Below are positions 50,313 to 62,199 of a stretch of DNA of 64,000 nucleotides, piece after piece (position 1 is the stretch's first letter; each line of letters starts with the position of its first letter). Below the pieces are notes generated by a model, which ran no database searches, was not told the DNA's origin, and saw only the letters and a list, made by a program, of their open reading frames with translations. This DNA is from Lama glama (taxonomy: Eukaryota), in NCBI GenBank assembly GCA_028534125.1, contig CM052816.1, positions 17,486,001-17,550,000 on the forward strand. Reading direction: 5' to 3'. A program made the translations under genes and the position numbers.

Positions 50313-51790
50313 TCCTTCCTTCCTTCCTTCCTTCCTTCCTTCCTTCCTTCTTTCCTTCCTTCCTTCCTTCTTTCTTATTACTCTCAAATTCTTGAAGAAT
50401 CAGCTGGCTAGAATTGCCAAGAAAATTCTGAAAATGATGTATAATCAGAGGAGATTTGCATTTCCACATATAAAATGCACTCAAACTATGCTAATTAAGA
50501 CCATGTGGTTATTAGTGCACACGGTTATAAGACCATGTGGTTATTAGCTGAACAGGACAGTCTAGAAACAAAGCTAACATGAGAGAGGGTTTAGTGCATG
50601 ATGGAGGTAAAGGATGAATTATTTAATAAATTCTAAATTAACTACTTGGAAGAAGTATGATTACAGCCTTTCCTCATACAATATGCCAAAATAAATTTTG
50701 GTTGGATTAAAGGGTTAAATGGAAAAGTTACCATCATAAAAAGTAAAAACTAAGGAAAATTGTAGATGTCTCTGATACAGATGATAGAGTCATCAGAAAG
50801 AAAATTTCAAAGGAAGAAAATGATTACATAAAATTAACATTTCTAGAAATAAAAAAACTTCCTCAGGAAAACAAAATGCTGATTAAAAAAAATCTTGGAA
50901 AGCATACCCAATGAAGGATGAATTTTGTTAATGCATAAAGAAATGAGAACCACACTAAAACCCTAGCAGGGAAGTTGGCAAAAACTAACCAGGTAATTAA
51001 CAGAAAAGGAAATAAAAATAGCTAATAAACATAAAAAATTTTTTTCAACCTTTTAATACCCCTCCCTTTACTTAAAGAAATACATTTCATATGATGGTCA
51101 GAAAGTTCAAAGGAATCATGTTTTCAAAGAACCTTTAAGATCCTGATGTTACTTGTATGTTGATTGAAAATAGGGGACAAAATAGTGTATCAAAATTGGT
51201 AAAAACAAAGGGAAACATATAGAAAAAAATTGGCAGGGCAGTCACTGAAAATTTAATAATGCTGTTGGGAAGAAAAAAAAGATGGTTCTCAATTAGGGCT
51301 ATTCATTACCCAGTTTGTGGAAATGTAGATTGGTATAACTTTTAGTTAAAGCAATTTGGCTCTTCTTATTAAGAATCTTAAAAAGTTAATGAATATTGTC
51401 TCAGGAGTTTGTGTCTGAGAATCCCTCCTAAGGAGTGAATCAGAGATGCAGGTATAGGTTTATGTAAGTGGATGTGAGTCAGTTTACTGATTAAAGGTTA
51501 AAACTCGGGAACAAACTATAAATCCAAAAACAGGGGATTATTTAAAAAATCATGTTAAATGTGTTTGATGATGTTTAATGATAAAATGGGATATAAGCTT
51601 ATAAAGAGAACATATTTACCTTGTTAAAAATATGTTTGCTTAGAAAAATACATTGAAAGGAAAGAGACCAAAATGATTAAATATGGTGGTTGGTGGGATT
51701 GTTGGTAATTTTAATTTTCTTTTTTGTACCTTGATGTGTTTTCTGTATTTTCTTCTTTGAGAACTTATTAGTTTTTTAATCAGAATCTTG
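49960..51790 (+). mobile_element. Diverged L1ME (ORF2 to 3' UTR) fragments
   Basis: 'aaaagaagacttgaataagtgg', 'aaagatgtcaattcttcc', 'ggaaatgtagattggtataacttt', A-rich sense L1 composition. Confidence 0.75.
50162..50374. repeat. Compound (TTTC)n/(CTTC)n microsatellite, ~210 bp pure pyrimidine
   Basis: read directly. Confidence 0.98.
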
Positions 51791-52169
51791 CCCTGATAGA
51801 TTACTTAGTATTTGAAACAGCAATTCATTGATATTTCAGGAATTATATAACTTCTTGAGGCTATTAATATTTGACTGTTAACGTTCTTGAGAAATTGAAG
51901 GAGGAAATATTTTCCTTGACCACTTAATGTTTTGCACCTACTTTTCTGAGACCTGAGATAGTTTGCTTGAAAGGCAAGTAGTGGGGGGAGTTTCCTTTTA
52001 TCCTGGAGAGTCTATCGAAGATTATTGAACGGGGGGATGTGTTTACGAGTTGAAGTAAATTCTATTGTGAAGGACTGAAGATCAATATAGAAATGTCTTT
52101 CTTTTTTCCCACATGACAATTGAGGAAGAAAGATAGATCATTATTCACTGCCTATTTGGAGGCTCTTCA

Positions 52170-52450
52170 CGAACTGCTTTTAAAAACCAGCGCACGGTTC
52201 AACAACTTTGCCGTTTCTTCAGCTGGCCAGTTTCGGTGAATCTATTTAATTAGATTTCAACATGGCATCTGTAGCCCCAGTAAATTCAAATAATTAAGCT
52301 TCATGATTTCTTGTGTGTTATAAATGTCACTAAAATTGCCGTTGCAGAACAGATAATTTCTTCGGTAATTGCAATTTCTGTCATGAATTGTTTCATCACT
52401 TACAGCAATTAGAACTTTGAAATAATTTCTTGAAATTGGACTCAACTGAG
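52170..52450. promoter_or_regulatory. Candidate conserved non-coding element
   Basis: non-repeat, AT-rich, repeated TAATT/AATTA homeodomain cores, several CpGs retained in a CpG-poor window; motif evidence only. Confidence 0.4.
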
Positions 52451-53542
52451 TAGTTTTTTGTTTTACATTGGGCCCCCATATCCATTTTTTTCTTTTTTCT
52501 CCCAATTATTTGTGCTACTTTACCTGCCTTCAGTATAGAGAAGGAGATGGGGAAATGCTCTGAAGGAGCCAGATGCCCAGAATGGGAGTTGAGCTGTAAG
52601 GAAAAGGGGCCCGTGTTCCTTTAGAAGGGAAGCACTGATCTATCTGGTGGGAGCATGTATGTTAAAGGCTTTGGGGGGCTAAGACTGGCCTGTGGGATCC
52701 ATCAGTAACTCAGCCTTTGTAGGTGATTGTTGTGGCTCCTCATTCTTTTCAGAAGTAGCCCAGGTACCACTGTAGGAAGTATTTTGGCAGTTGAATGGGG
52801 CCTGCCCACATTGATAACCAATGCTAGTCATTTTCAGGCTCTCTTCAGATGCTGCAGTCCATTGAATAAGTTGACAGTTTGAGAACTCGTGGTCTGCTTC
52901 CGTGAGTCTTAGCTGCTGTGGGTACAAACACACATATTTATCGCAGGCGTCCTCTATTGAAGTAAAGATTCGACTTCATTGCCTGGTGCTGGGGGCTTCA
53001 TCTGGCTCTGATCTTTTCCTGCCCACCCCTGTGCTCGATTCTCTCCAACCAGATGACGGCTCAGCCACCTCTGCTCACATGGCTGTTACTGCTAGCTGGA
53101 AACATCCTCAAAACCACTTCTGTTTCTGCAATAAACATTCTTAGTCAAGTCCAGCTCTCTCTTCCTGGGAACTTTTCTCAAATTCCAAATCCATGAGCAG
53201 TGGCTCCGACCCCTGAAGACGCTGCTTTGTTTCTACCTCTCCCTGGGGCAGGTGTTATATTCTCCCTCATCATGGGGCTATTTGTGGAAATCTTTTTGCC
53301 TTCCTCAGGGCAGGAAACCATTTGACTCAACTCTGGTTTCTTAGAGAGGCAAATAGTTGTGTCTGTTTGCCTTTGAATGAAATGCCCTTTAGATCCCTTG
53401 ATCTGGGACAAATCCACAATGGGGGCAGGCATTGCTGGGCTCCACTCAGAGTGGTGGCCTGCCTGGGGTGTGGGCTGACTGACTATGACTTCATTCAGAT
53501 ATTTCTGGCATTTTATTTAATTTCTAAAGTTATTTATTATTA

Positions 53543-54155
53543 CTTTTATTTAAAAATAGTGGTAAAATGTATATCACAAAGTTACCATTTTAACCGTTTT
53601 TAAGTGTGCAGTTTGGTCACATTGAGTATAATCACATTAGGAGGAGCCATCATCACTGTCCATCTTCAGAACTTTTTTCATCCTGCAAAATGGAGGCACC
53701 ATTTCCTTCTTGCTCTAGTCTTTGAAAACCACCCTTCTAAGAATTTGGCTATGTCCATGAATTTGATGACTCTAAGTACTTCATAGGAATAGCATCATAT
53801 AGTATTTGTCCTTTTGTGACTGGCTTATTTCATTTAGCATAAAGAACTTCGAGGCCCATCTGTGTTATGGCGTGTGTCAGAATGTCCTTTTTAGGCTGAA
53901 TAATACTCCATTTTGTTTATCTGTTCATCTGTTGATGGACACTTGGGTTGCTTCTACCTTTGGGCTATTGTGGGTGATGCTGCTGTGAGCATGGATGTAC
54001 AAGTATCTTTTTGAGTTTCTGCTTTCAGTTCTTCTCAGTATACATATCCAGAAGTGGAGTTGTGGGGTCTTATGGTTATTTTGTGTTTACTTTTTTGAGG
54101 GACCACCACACTGTTTTCCATAGTGGCTGCACCCTTTTATAATTTCGCCAGCAGT
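53543..54155 (-). mobile_element. L1MB 3' end
   Basis: 'ttaccattttaaccgtttttaagtgtgcagtt', 'tatttgtccttttgtgactggcttatttcatttagcat', 'ttttttgagggaccaccacactgttttccatagtggctgcacc'. Confidence 0.92.
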
Positions 54156-54159
54156 TATA

Positions 54160-54298
54160 GTATTTTCATAGAAGATGAGAACTGAACTCTGAGGAATTAA
54201 ATAACTTGTCCAGGTTCCCGTAGCTCGTCAGTGACCGAGCTGGTACATAAACACAGGTGTGTCTAGTTCAAAGGCACATGCTCAGTCATGCCCTCAGC
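54160..54298 (-). mobile_element. MIR core fragment
   Basis: 'agatgagaactgaactctgaggaattaaataacttgtccagg'. Confidence 0.7.
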
Positions 54299-54300
54299 TA

Positions 54301-54791
54301 TGTATTCCAGGACTCTGTGGCTGCAGTGGACAGAAAGCCTTTTGGCCAAAGGTTTAAACACCCAGAGCTTGGTTTTTCTTACTTCGTAAGCAGTGTGAAG
54401 GGATATAGCTGCTGTCATCTCAGAGGCTCAACAGTAGCAACAAGAATGACTCTGATTCTCTGGGTCTTTCCCCTCTGACTTGCTCGTTGCCTCCTGTCTG
54501 AAAGTTGCCTGTTACTGCTCCAATCATCCCATCTATGTGATGTAAAGACAGCGACGAGGATTTGGGCCAGCCTAGCGGGAACTGTCTGTTCTTAAAATCA
54601 GACCAAAAGCTTTCCTAAAAGCCCTGGAACAGATTCCTACAGATGTTGCAGTGGTTGGAATGAGGTTGTGTGATGACAGTCAGTGAAAAGGAGGCTGGCA
54701 AGGGTCTGACTATTCAACCTCTGCTGTGAGAGGCAGCAAAGGTAAAGAGGGTTTGCAATGCCTTTTGATAGCCGCTCAGCAGTCTGCCACT
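54301..54791 (-). mobile_element. Old MaLR LTR (MLT1J/L-like)
   Basis: 'caggactctgtggctgcagtggacagaaagc', 'aaaagctttcctaaaagccc', end 'cagcagtctgccac'. Confidence 0.65.
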
Positions 54792-55019
54792 CTGTACGTT
54801 TCTAGAGGAATCTATTGATTTGTTCCTCCCTACTTGAAATACTTGGCCAAAATGAGGGTAATTAAGCTCCTCTGCCTGATTTTAACTGGAAACAAATTTA
54901 ATGTCAAACTGTTCTCAGACCAAAGAAGGAGAAACAACAATAATAAAAATCCTGGGTAAGACAGATAAAGGTTTAAATGAAATCACTTAGTAGATGGTAA
55001 AGTTCTATGTAAACGTAGT

Positions 55020-55142
55020 TCACTAGACTGTGAGCTTCCTGGAGCAGAGGCTGCCTCTCATCATTGCTGAATCCACAGGGCCAAGCACATGGCCTGAAAC
55101 ATCATGGACAGAAAAACAGGTGATTATTGAATTGGCTGAAAC
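55020..55142 (+). mobile_element. L2 3' terminus
   Basis: 'cactagactgtgagcttcctggagcagaggctg...tcattgctgaatccacagggccaagcaca'. Confidence 0.7.
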
Positions 55143-56074
55143 ATCATTTTAATATGCCAGTGGTGAAAAGCTTCCAGGACTCTGATTTTCCTGCATGAAG
55201 CTGGGGCTGTCTGGGCATTGACTGAGTATGAGCTGTGGTGATGGATTGTCTTGTTTGTCCATGTGGAAATCGAGCCTTTGGTATATTTAATAATAATGCT
55301 ATGAGGACATTTAAATCAGAATTTAAATTCCTCATGAACACATGGCTGGCAGAAATCCATTGCCATCTTTTCAAGATGGATCACCTGCCACGTGGCTCTG
55401 TGTGCCTGCTGTTAAACACACTCCTGTGTGGTAAGATGGGTATCATGTGTTTATCATCTTCATTGAACACTGTGGGCTGGCTGCCTAGGGGGCAACAGTG
55501 ACTGCTTGTTAGGAAATGCTTTCCTGCCTGCCTCAGGACTTGGCTGTTCTTGCCTGATCAACAGTTCAAAAGTTGTCCTTAGAACAACTGGTCTCTGGAG
55601 AGATTATCTATGCCCGATCCTCTGCCAATCACAGAGTACACATCGCCTCATTTAATCCCTACCACAGCCTTGCAAGGTTTAAGTGGCAGACCTAGGATTT
55701 GAATGTGGCTTTTTGGTCTCTATAGTTGAGGTTTTAGTCTCTCCTTTGGATTATGGTTGGATCGATCACTTGGTGCTAGAGTGACTTAGGTGTCAGTATC
55801 GATTAAGGATTGACCAGGGATTAAACTACAGCTCTGACAAAGATAGCAAGACTTTGGGAAACCCCTTCCCTTCTCGGGGCTGCAGTTTCTTCATCTAGTA
55901 CATGGGAAGGTTGAATTGACTAAGCCAAATCAGACTTACAGAGTGTCTACCATATGTAGGGGTGCTGGGCACCGAGGGAGCCAGTCCCCAGCCTGCCTTT
56001 CCATGCGGCTCTCCCAACTCGTCCTGCATTTACCTATGATTTGCTGAGATTTGTGGGATTGAAGCATGGAACAG

Positions 56075-56875
56075 TTTGCACATATTCCTGCCTTCGTGGA
56101 GCTTAGATTCTAGTAGAGGAGACAGCTGTTAAAGAATCACCCAAATAAGTATTTAATTACAGTTGTGATCAGTGCTACAAAGGAAGAGTACCATGTAAGG
56201 GGGTTACATGTATTTTATGTACATCTAACTATTTCCATTACATTATATATAATTTACTTACATATATTGTGTTTGAAGCACAGTATAATGTATATTATAT
56301 GAATGAGAGACCTAATGGAATGGTGGTAGGGTTGGTGGGCTGGGAAAGCATCTCTGAGAAAGATGTACCTTAAACTGAGATGAAGGATACATAGGAGTGA
56401 AGAGGGAAAATCTGGGGGCATGGTCACAGATGTCTTCCCAGAGACAGAGCAGTCTGACAAAGTCAGAATCCTGGGACATTTCAGGAACCGGAAGGAAGCC
56501 AGTCTGTGGGAACAGAATGAGTGAAGAGGAGAGAAGCAGGAAGACCACTGGAAGGGTAGGCAGGGACTAGAATGGCACTGTGCTGTGAATACCATGTGGA
56601 GAATTTTGTTATTTATCCTGAGAATAAAAGGAAAATGCTCAAAGTTTTAAGTAGAAAATGCCATGATCAGATGTAAGTTTTTTAAAGATCACTCTAGTTG
56701 CAGGATGGAAAATGGGTTGGAGGGGAGCAGCAGTAGATGTGGGCCTTCGAGACAGAGGGTATCTCATCAGTCCATGGGAGACAGTCCATAGGTTATGGTG
56801 ACAGCAGTCGGGGCAGAGAGAAGTTGAAGGCCTTAGGAGCGATTCAGGAGGCAGACTCAGTAAGATTTGTTGCTT
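56075..56875 (-). mobile_element. L2
   Basis: 'cctgccttcgtggagcttagattctagtagaggagacag', 'gggaaagcatctctgagaa', 'atgatcagatgtaagttttttaaagatcactctagttgc'. Confidence 0.85.
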
Positions 56876-58132
56876 TACCCCCCGGTGGGGGGTGGTAGGG
56901 AGACAGAGTTATCAGGATGCCTCCTACAGTTCCTATTGGTCACCTGTCTTTGGGAGTGGGCTGGAGGTGGGCTGGGGCCAGTGAGGAGAGCCAGAAGGGA
57001 ATCAGAGGGCTGGTAGAAGGACTCTGAGGGAATAGCTTTATATCTAACAGGGATAGATAGCTCTTCCTTTAAAGTGCACTTGAGGGAGAACACAAAACTC
57101 CCATTCAGTGAATAGACAGAGCTTACCAATTTTTCAGGGAAAGATACAGGATGAGAGTGGAGGCTGCAAACAGAGTAAAGAAATCTTCAGTCCCACGAAT
57201 CTCAGCAAACCATAGGTAAATGTAGGAGGAGTTGGGAGAGGTGCATGGAAAGGCAGGCTGGGGACTGATTCCCGCAGGGCCATCTTTCCTGGATGGCCCT
57301 GACAGCCTCCTAACTGGGCTCCCCACCTTTCATTGGGAAAGTCACATGGCAAAACAGAAACACAAATGTGATTGTATCTTAGGAACCTCTTTCTTAACAC
57401 TTCTGAAGGCTCCTCATTATCTAAAGAATCCAACCTGCCTTCTCAGCCTTTTTTCTCCCACTGCTGTCTCCATTTTCTCCCTCACCTACCAGTGCTAATG
57501 TGTTTGTAAGCTGAATCCAGTCCAGCTTATAGAGATATTGGTATGTCTCGTGGTGGTCCCAGGAAGCAGCTTTTGGTGGGTCATGGCTTGGCTTGTCCAT
57601 ACAAAGTCCTGAAGTAGACAGAAATGGAATACCTCTGGGTTTTTTTCCTAGTGTGGGTACAAGTAAAGGGAGGTGACTCCTGGCACAGCAGTGATTTAGA
57701 ACATGGAACCTGGACTTTAGCCAGGGAGATATGATTTCCTGAGAAAGAAAAATATTACCCTTTATGGTGGCTTAAATTGTTTCTGGGTGCTGATGTGATT
57801 GGAGGCGTTAGTAAGACCACAGTTCTGAGATTCCTTGTTCTGGTGGGTACCTTCATTCAGGGGGGAGTCCATGACTGCGTTGCTCTGAATGGATCTTTGT
57901 GAGAAAACAAGGGAGACAATGGAGAGCTCGGCCCTCACCTGTATCCTTGGCTTCTTCCTGACCCTGGCACTGCTTGTCTGATTTTTCCAGAGTAAAAAAA
58001 AAATATATCAACGTTGTTGTCACTGGGGCCTTTGGTGTGTGAGAACAGTCCACACTGCTTTGGGGCTCAAGCATCAAACTATCAACCAACGCTGGGAGAA
58101 GGGGCTTCTCTCCACTCTAGCAGTCAACACAG

Positions 58133-58526
58133 TGTTTTAGTTAAGGTAATGCTGCCTTCTGTAAGAGAGAAATCCCCAAATCTCAGTGGGTTAGGGGAAG
58201 GCCCTGCTTCCCAGAGTCATTCAGGGACCCAGGCTATTAGAGAGTCTGCTCTCTTTAACGTATGTCCGTTGGCAACGGGGAAAGAGATAGCATGGAAAAT
58301 ACATCTCCGCTTTTTTTTTTTTAACCATTCAACCTGGTGGGAGCACTCATGACTACTTTCTGTTCCATTGGTGAGGATTAGTCATGTGATCATCTAGTCT
58401 ACCACCACCTAGATGCAGAGGGGGCTGGGAATTGGATCCATGGCTTGGCAGCTGCTTCTCAGCAACACCTCTAGTCTTTGAAAGAGAAACATGAGTCTTC
58501 AGTGGACCACTGCTCTCTCTGCCACA
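58133..58526 (-). mobile_element. MaLR LTR (MLT1H/I-like)
   Basis: 'ccccaaatctcagtggg', 'gtcattcagggacccaggct', 'ttccattggtgaggattagtcatgtg', end 'ctctctgccaca'. Confidence 0.75.
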
Positions 58527-59444
58527 CACACAGTAGTATTGTAGTATACCTCTGGGTTGGGGCCTTTGAAGCATTTGGAGACCATCCCCTTCATAGAGGT
58601 ATCAGCACACTCAAGATATTGCTCAAGTGTAACACTACAGTAAAGAGGAGCCAGACAGGGAATGATTGTTTGTGAGCTTGTGTATTTTACTCCCAGACAT
58701 TCCTAGAAATAACTGGATGAGACTTCTGGAAGCTGGAGGTCTTACATCTTGGTGCAGGCACTGGGAAAGGCCCATATGTTGATGAGGTTTGAGGAAACTC
58801 AGGTTACACATAATGAGAATTTTCCAGTGCTTTGCTAGGAGAGACTATCTAAATTCTTTAAGTAGAAATACCCTTGAAATGTAGGAGAATAACTCATTAG
58901 GCTGTCATCATTAGAAACATCCTCTGAAAACATGCTGTTGCCTTGGCTCTCATTCTGTACTCATCAGGCAGACTTCTGATGGGTGCTTTGGTCTCCTGGG
59001 AAACCCCATTCAGGATGAAGGGATCTCCTTGGGTGAATGGCTGACTTTTGATCATAAATATCCCTGTTGCATATGAAATACGTAAGTGGGCATTCTGAAT
59101 TATACATTGGTTTTATGTTTGTTCAGAAAGATTGAGTTCTTAAGCTCATCTCCATTGCAAAACTGAGCACCAAAGCTTGTTTCAGGTCACTTGTTGAAGC
59201 TTAGCCAGAGTCCTTATTTCTTTTGCAGATGTCACCTGCTATCCAGGGAGCATACCATGTCTGAGAAAGAGTTCCTGAAAGGCTGTGTATCCAGATTGGG
59301 TGTCCAGAATTCTCATTACTTCTCTCTGCATTTGAGAGTGAATAGTCAATAATCTGTTACTGAATGGATTGCAGTTGATACACAGAAAGGTTATGCTATG
59401 GTATATAGAAATTAAAAACTGTGATAAAACAGCATTGATGATAG

Positions 59445-59640
59445 GCGGCCAACATTCATTGATCAGTCACTGTTGGCCAGGCAGTTGAACTGCATGGTAC
59501 TTTATAAACTAGGTACTACTGTCGTCTCTATTTCGTGAATGCAGAAACTATGGTAGTTCTTCCCAGGTGGTAATATAAATCTGTGGCCAAGCTAGGGTTG
59601 GTATCCAGGCTGTTGGATTTAGCACCTGACACTGCATAGG
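59445..59640 (-). mobile_element. MIR
   Basis: 'aacattcattgatcagtcactgttggccaggca...taggtactactgtcgtctctatttc...gcagaaact'. Confidence 0.6.
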
Positions 59641-60719
59641 CACTGGGGTAGAATGAGTTGGTGGGAGACTCGAAACATGCAGGAATCTGGGTTTTCTGAT
59701 CGCCATAGGTTTAGTGGCTTTAATCATATTCTGGTTCTTTGGACAGCTTCTTTTTTTTCCCCCTGGACAATGTAGAAGACGGAATATATACCCTAAAAGG
59801 ATTTGAGGATTTTGGAGTTTTAATCTGAAGCAGCTATTGCAGGTAGGAAATATCTTGGAAGTGTCTTTTTGAAATCTTTACCAATTATGGGAATAGTGCT
59901 TTCTATTCCATAATACAGAATGACTGTTTTACCACAAAAACTTTTTCTCCATCCTAAACTTCCATGTAAAATTGATACTCTGGAAGAAATGTGCCATGTT
60001 ATTTTGTGGTTTGTTGTGCTACCTGGTCAAATGTAGGGCACTGCTAGGGGTAAGCACTTCCCAGCTTGAGTGCCTTCAGTACATGGCTGGCTAAACCAGA
60101 GGTAATAGATGGGTCATCAGCCTTCAGGAACTGGGATGTGGACGTGGCTGCCTGGGCAAGCCTCAGTGCTCTGCAGTGCTGGATTGTGTTGTGATTCATG
60201 AACATTTTTTCATCAACATATTTGCTGCAGAAGATTTTCTTTTTTTGGAGGTGAATTTGGCAGCAAAGTTCCAGATCATTCTCTTTTGCAGGGCAAATTG
60301 GGAAGGATGTTTGCCTGGTGGCCCAGATGGGAAGATACGCACATGAGCAGGAGATGTTACACAGTGGGCTATATTTGTGTTGAATATTTCTGCTGTGTCT
60401 CTAGCATCACAGTCTTTTGCCATACCAATGGCTTTATGGGACTCTGGAAAATAAATAACCAGGGCAGATCAATAAGTACATTAGTAATAAATGTGTCTCT
60501 GCTAGGTAAGGCCATCCATTGTGCCAAGTCCAATCTTAAGTGTTAGTTTAAAATATTAGCCTTGTGAAAGCGTTCTAGAAATAGTCGATAGAAGTGATGG
60601 GTAACCCAGCATCCTTATATCTATGAATGTGATCTTTCATACTAATGAATATAGACAGACCCTTGGGTAAACTTTTAGAACAGAAGGCCCATATTGATAA
60701 CAGTGAAAACTGCTTTTTG

Positions 60720-62155
60720 AAAAACAGTTTTTTTGAGGAAGAATTTGCCTGCAGTACAGTGCAGCTATTTTAAGTGTTCAGTTTCAGCTTTAACAAATGT
60801 ACACACCCATGTAAATACCACCACAATTAAGATTTAGAGCATTTCCATTACCATAAGTTTCCTCTGGCTCCTGTGTAATCAACCTCCTAGCTCTGGGAGA
60901 CCAGATCTACTTTCTGTCAATGTAGATAAGTTTGCCATCTAAATGAAATCATACAGTGTTTCGTCTTTTGTCTGGCTTCTTTCTCTTCACATAATCTTTT
61001 TAAGATTTGTTCGTGTTATTGTGTGTATCAGTAATTGATTATTTTTATTGCTAACTGTTGTGCCCTTGCATGGATAAAGCATAATTGGTTTATCCATTCA
61101 CCTTTTGATGGACATTTGGGTTATTTCCAGCTTGGGTCTGTTATGAATAAGGTTGCCATGAGCATTCATTTACAAAGCTGTTGTGGATGTATCTTTTAAT
61201 TTTGAAGGGGAAAAACCTAGGAATGTAATTGCCGAGTCATATTTATAGATCACTGGAACAGAACAGAGAGTTCAAAAACAGGCCTCCAGATATATGGTCA
61301 ATTGGTTTTTAAGAAACATAAATACCAAGGTAATTCACTGGGAAGAGGGCAGACTTTTCAACAGTGCTGAAACAACCAGATATCTGTATTGAAAAAAATG
61401 AACATACCTCATTCCACATAAAAAATAAACTTTCAATGGATTGTGCAGTTAAACATAAAAAAGTATAAAACTATAAAACTTCTAGAAGAAACAGGAGAAA
61501 ATGTTCATTACGTTGAGGTAGGCAAAGGTTTTCTAGATAGATTACAAAAAAACCCCACTTATATAAGAAAAAAATGGATGACAGCTTGTCACCATTAAAA
61601 ACTTAGATTCTTTGAAAGGAAAAACAAGTCACAGGTTGGAAGAAATATTTTACATATAGATGTAATACAGATATATTATATATGAATGGATAAACATATA
61701 TTTGGTGAGTATGTGTGTATCACAGAAGATAATATGGAATATGTAAAGAAATGTAACAGCTTCATAATGAGAAGACAACCCAGTTAGGAAATGGACAAAA
61801 AATTTGAATAAAAACTTCACGAAAGGATATGTACAGAGGAGTGCATGCAAAGTATTCATTGGCAGAGATATTCAGTACTTTAAAGATGTTGCTCTTTGTC
61901 TTCTTCGCATTGTTTCCATCAAGAAATTTTTTTCTTTTCCTTTACTCCTATTCTTCGGTAGGTAACCATTAGTCTTCAGGGAGATTCAAATTAAAGCCAT
62001 AATAATATGCTATTTCACATCCACTGTACTTGGTAACATTCAAAAGACTGACAGTACCCAGTGCTGGTAAGATGTGTAACACCTGGAGCTCTCATGGAAA
62101 GCTGCCAAGAGTGTGAAATGGTACAACCACTTTCAAAAATGTTTGACAGTTTCTC
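60720..62155 (-). mobile_element. Old L1 with 5' inversion: antisense 3' end (~60720-61242) joined to sense ORF2 piece (~61245-62155)
   Basis: antisense 'gatggacatttgggttatttccag...aattgccgagtcatat' switches abruptly to sense 'atagatcactggaacagaacagagag...aaatggtacaaccactttcaaaaatgtttgacagtttctc'. Confidence 0.8.
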
Positions 62156-62199
62156 ATTCATATTGTTATTGATAGTCTTCTGTTTTTTTTTTTCAGTGA

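Noticed and set aside
50120..50484. SFFL/KERK-repeat ORFs
   Set aside because: Translation of the TTTC/CTTC microsatellite
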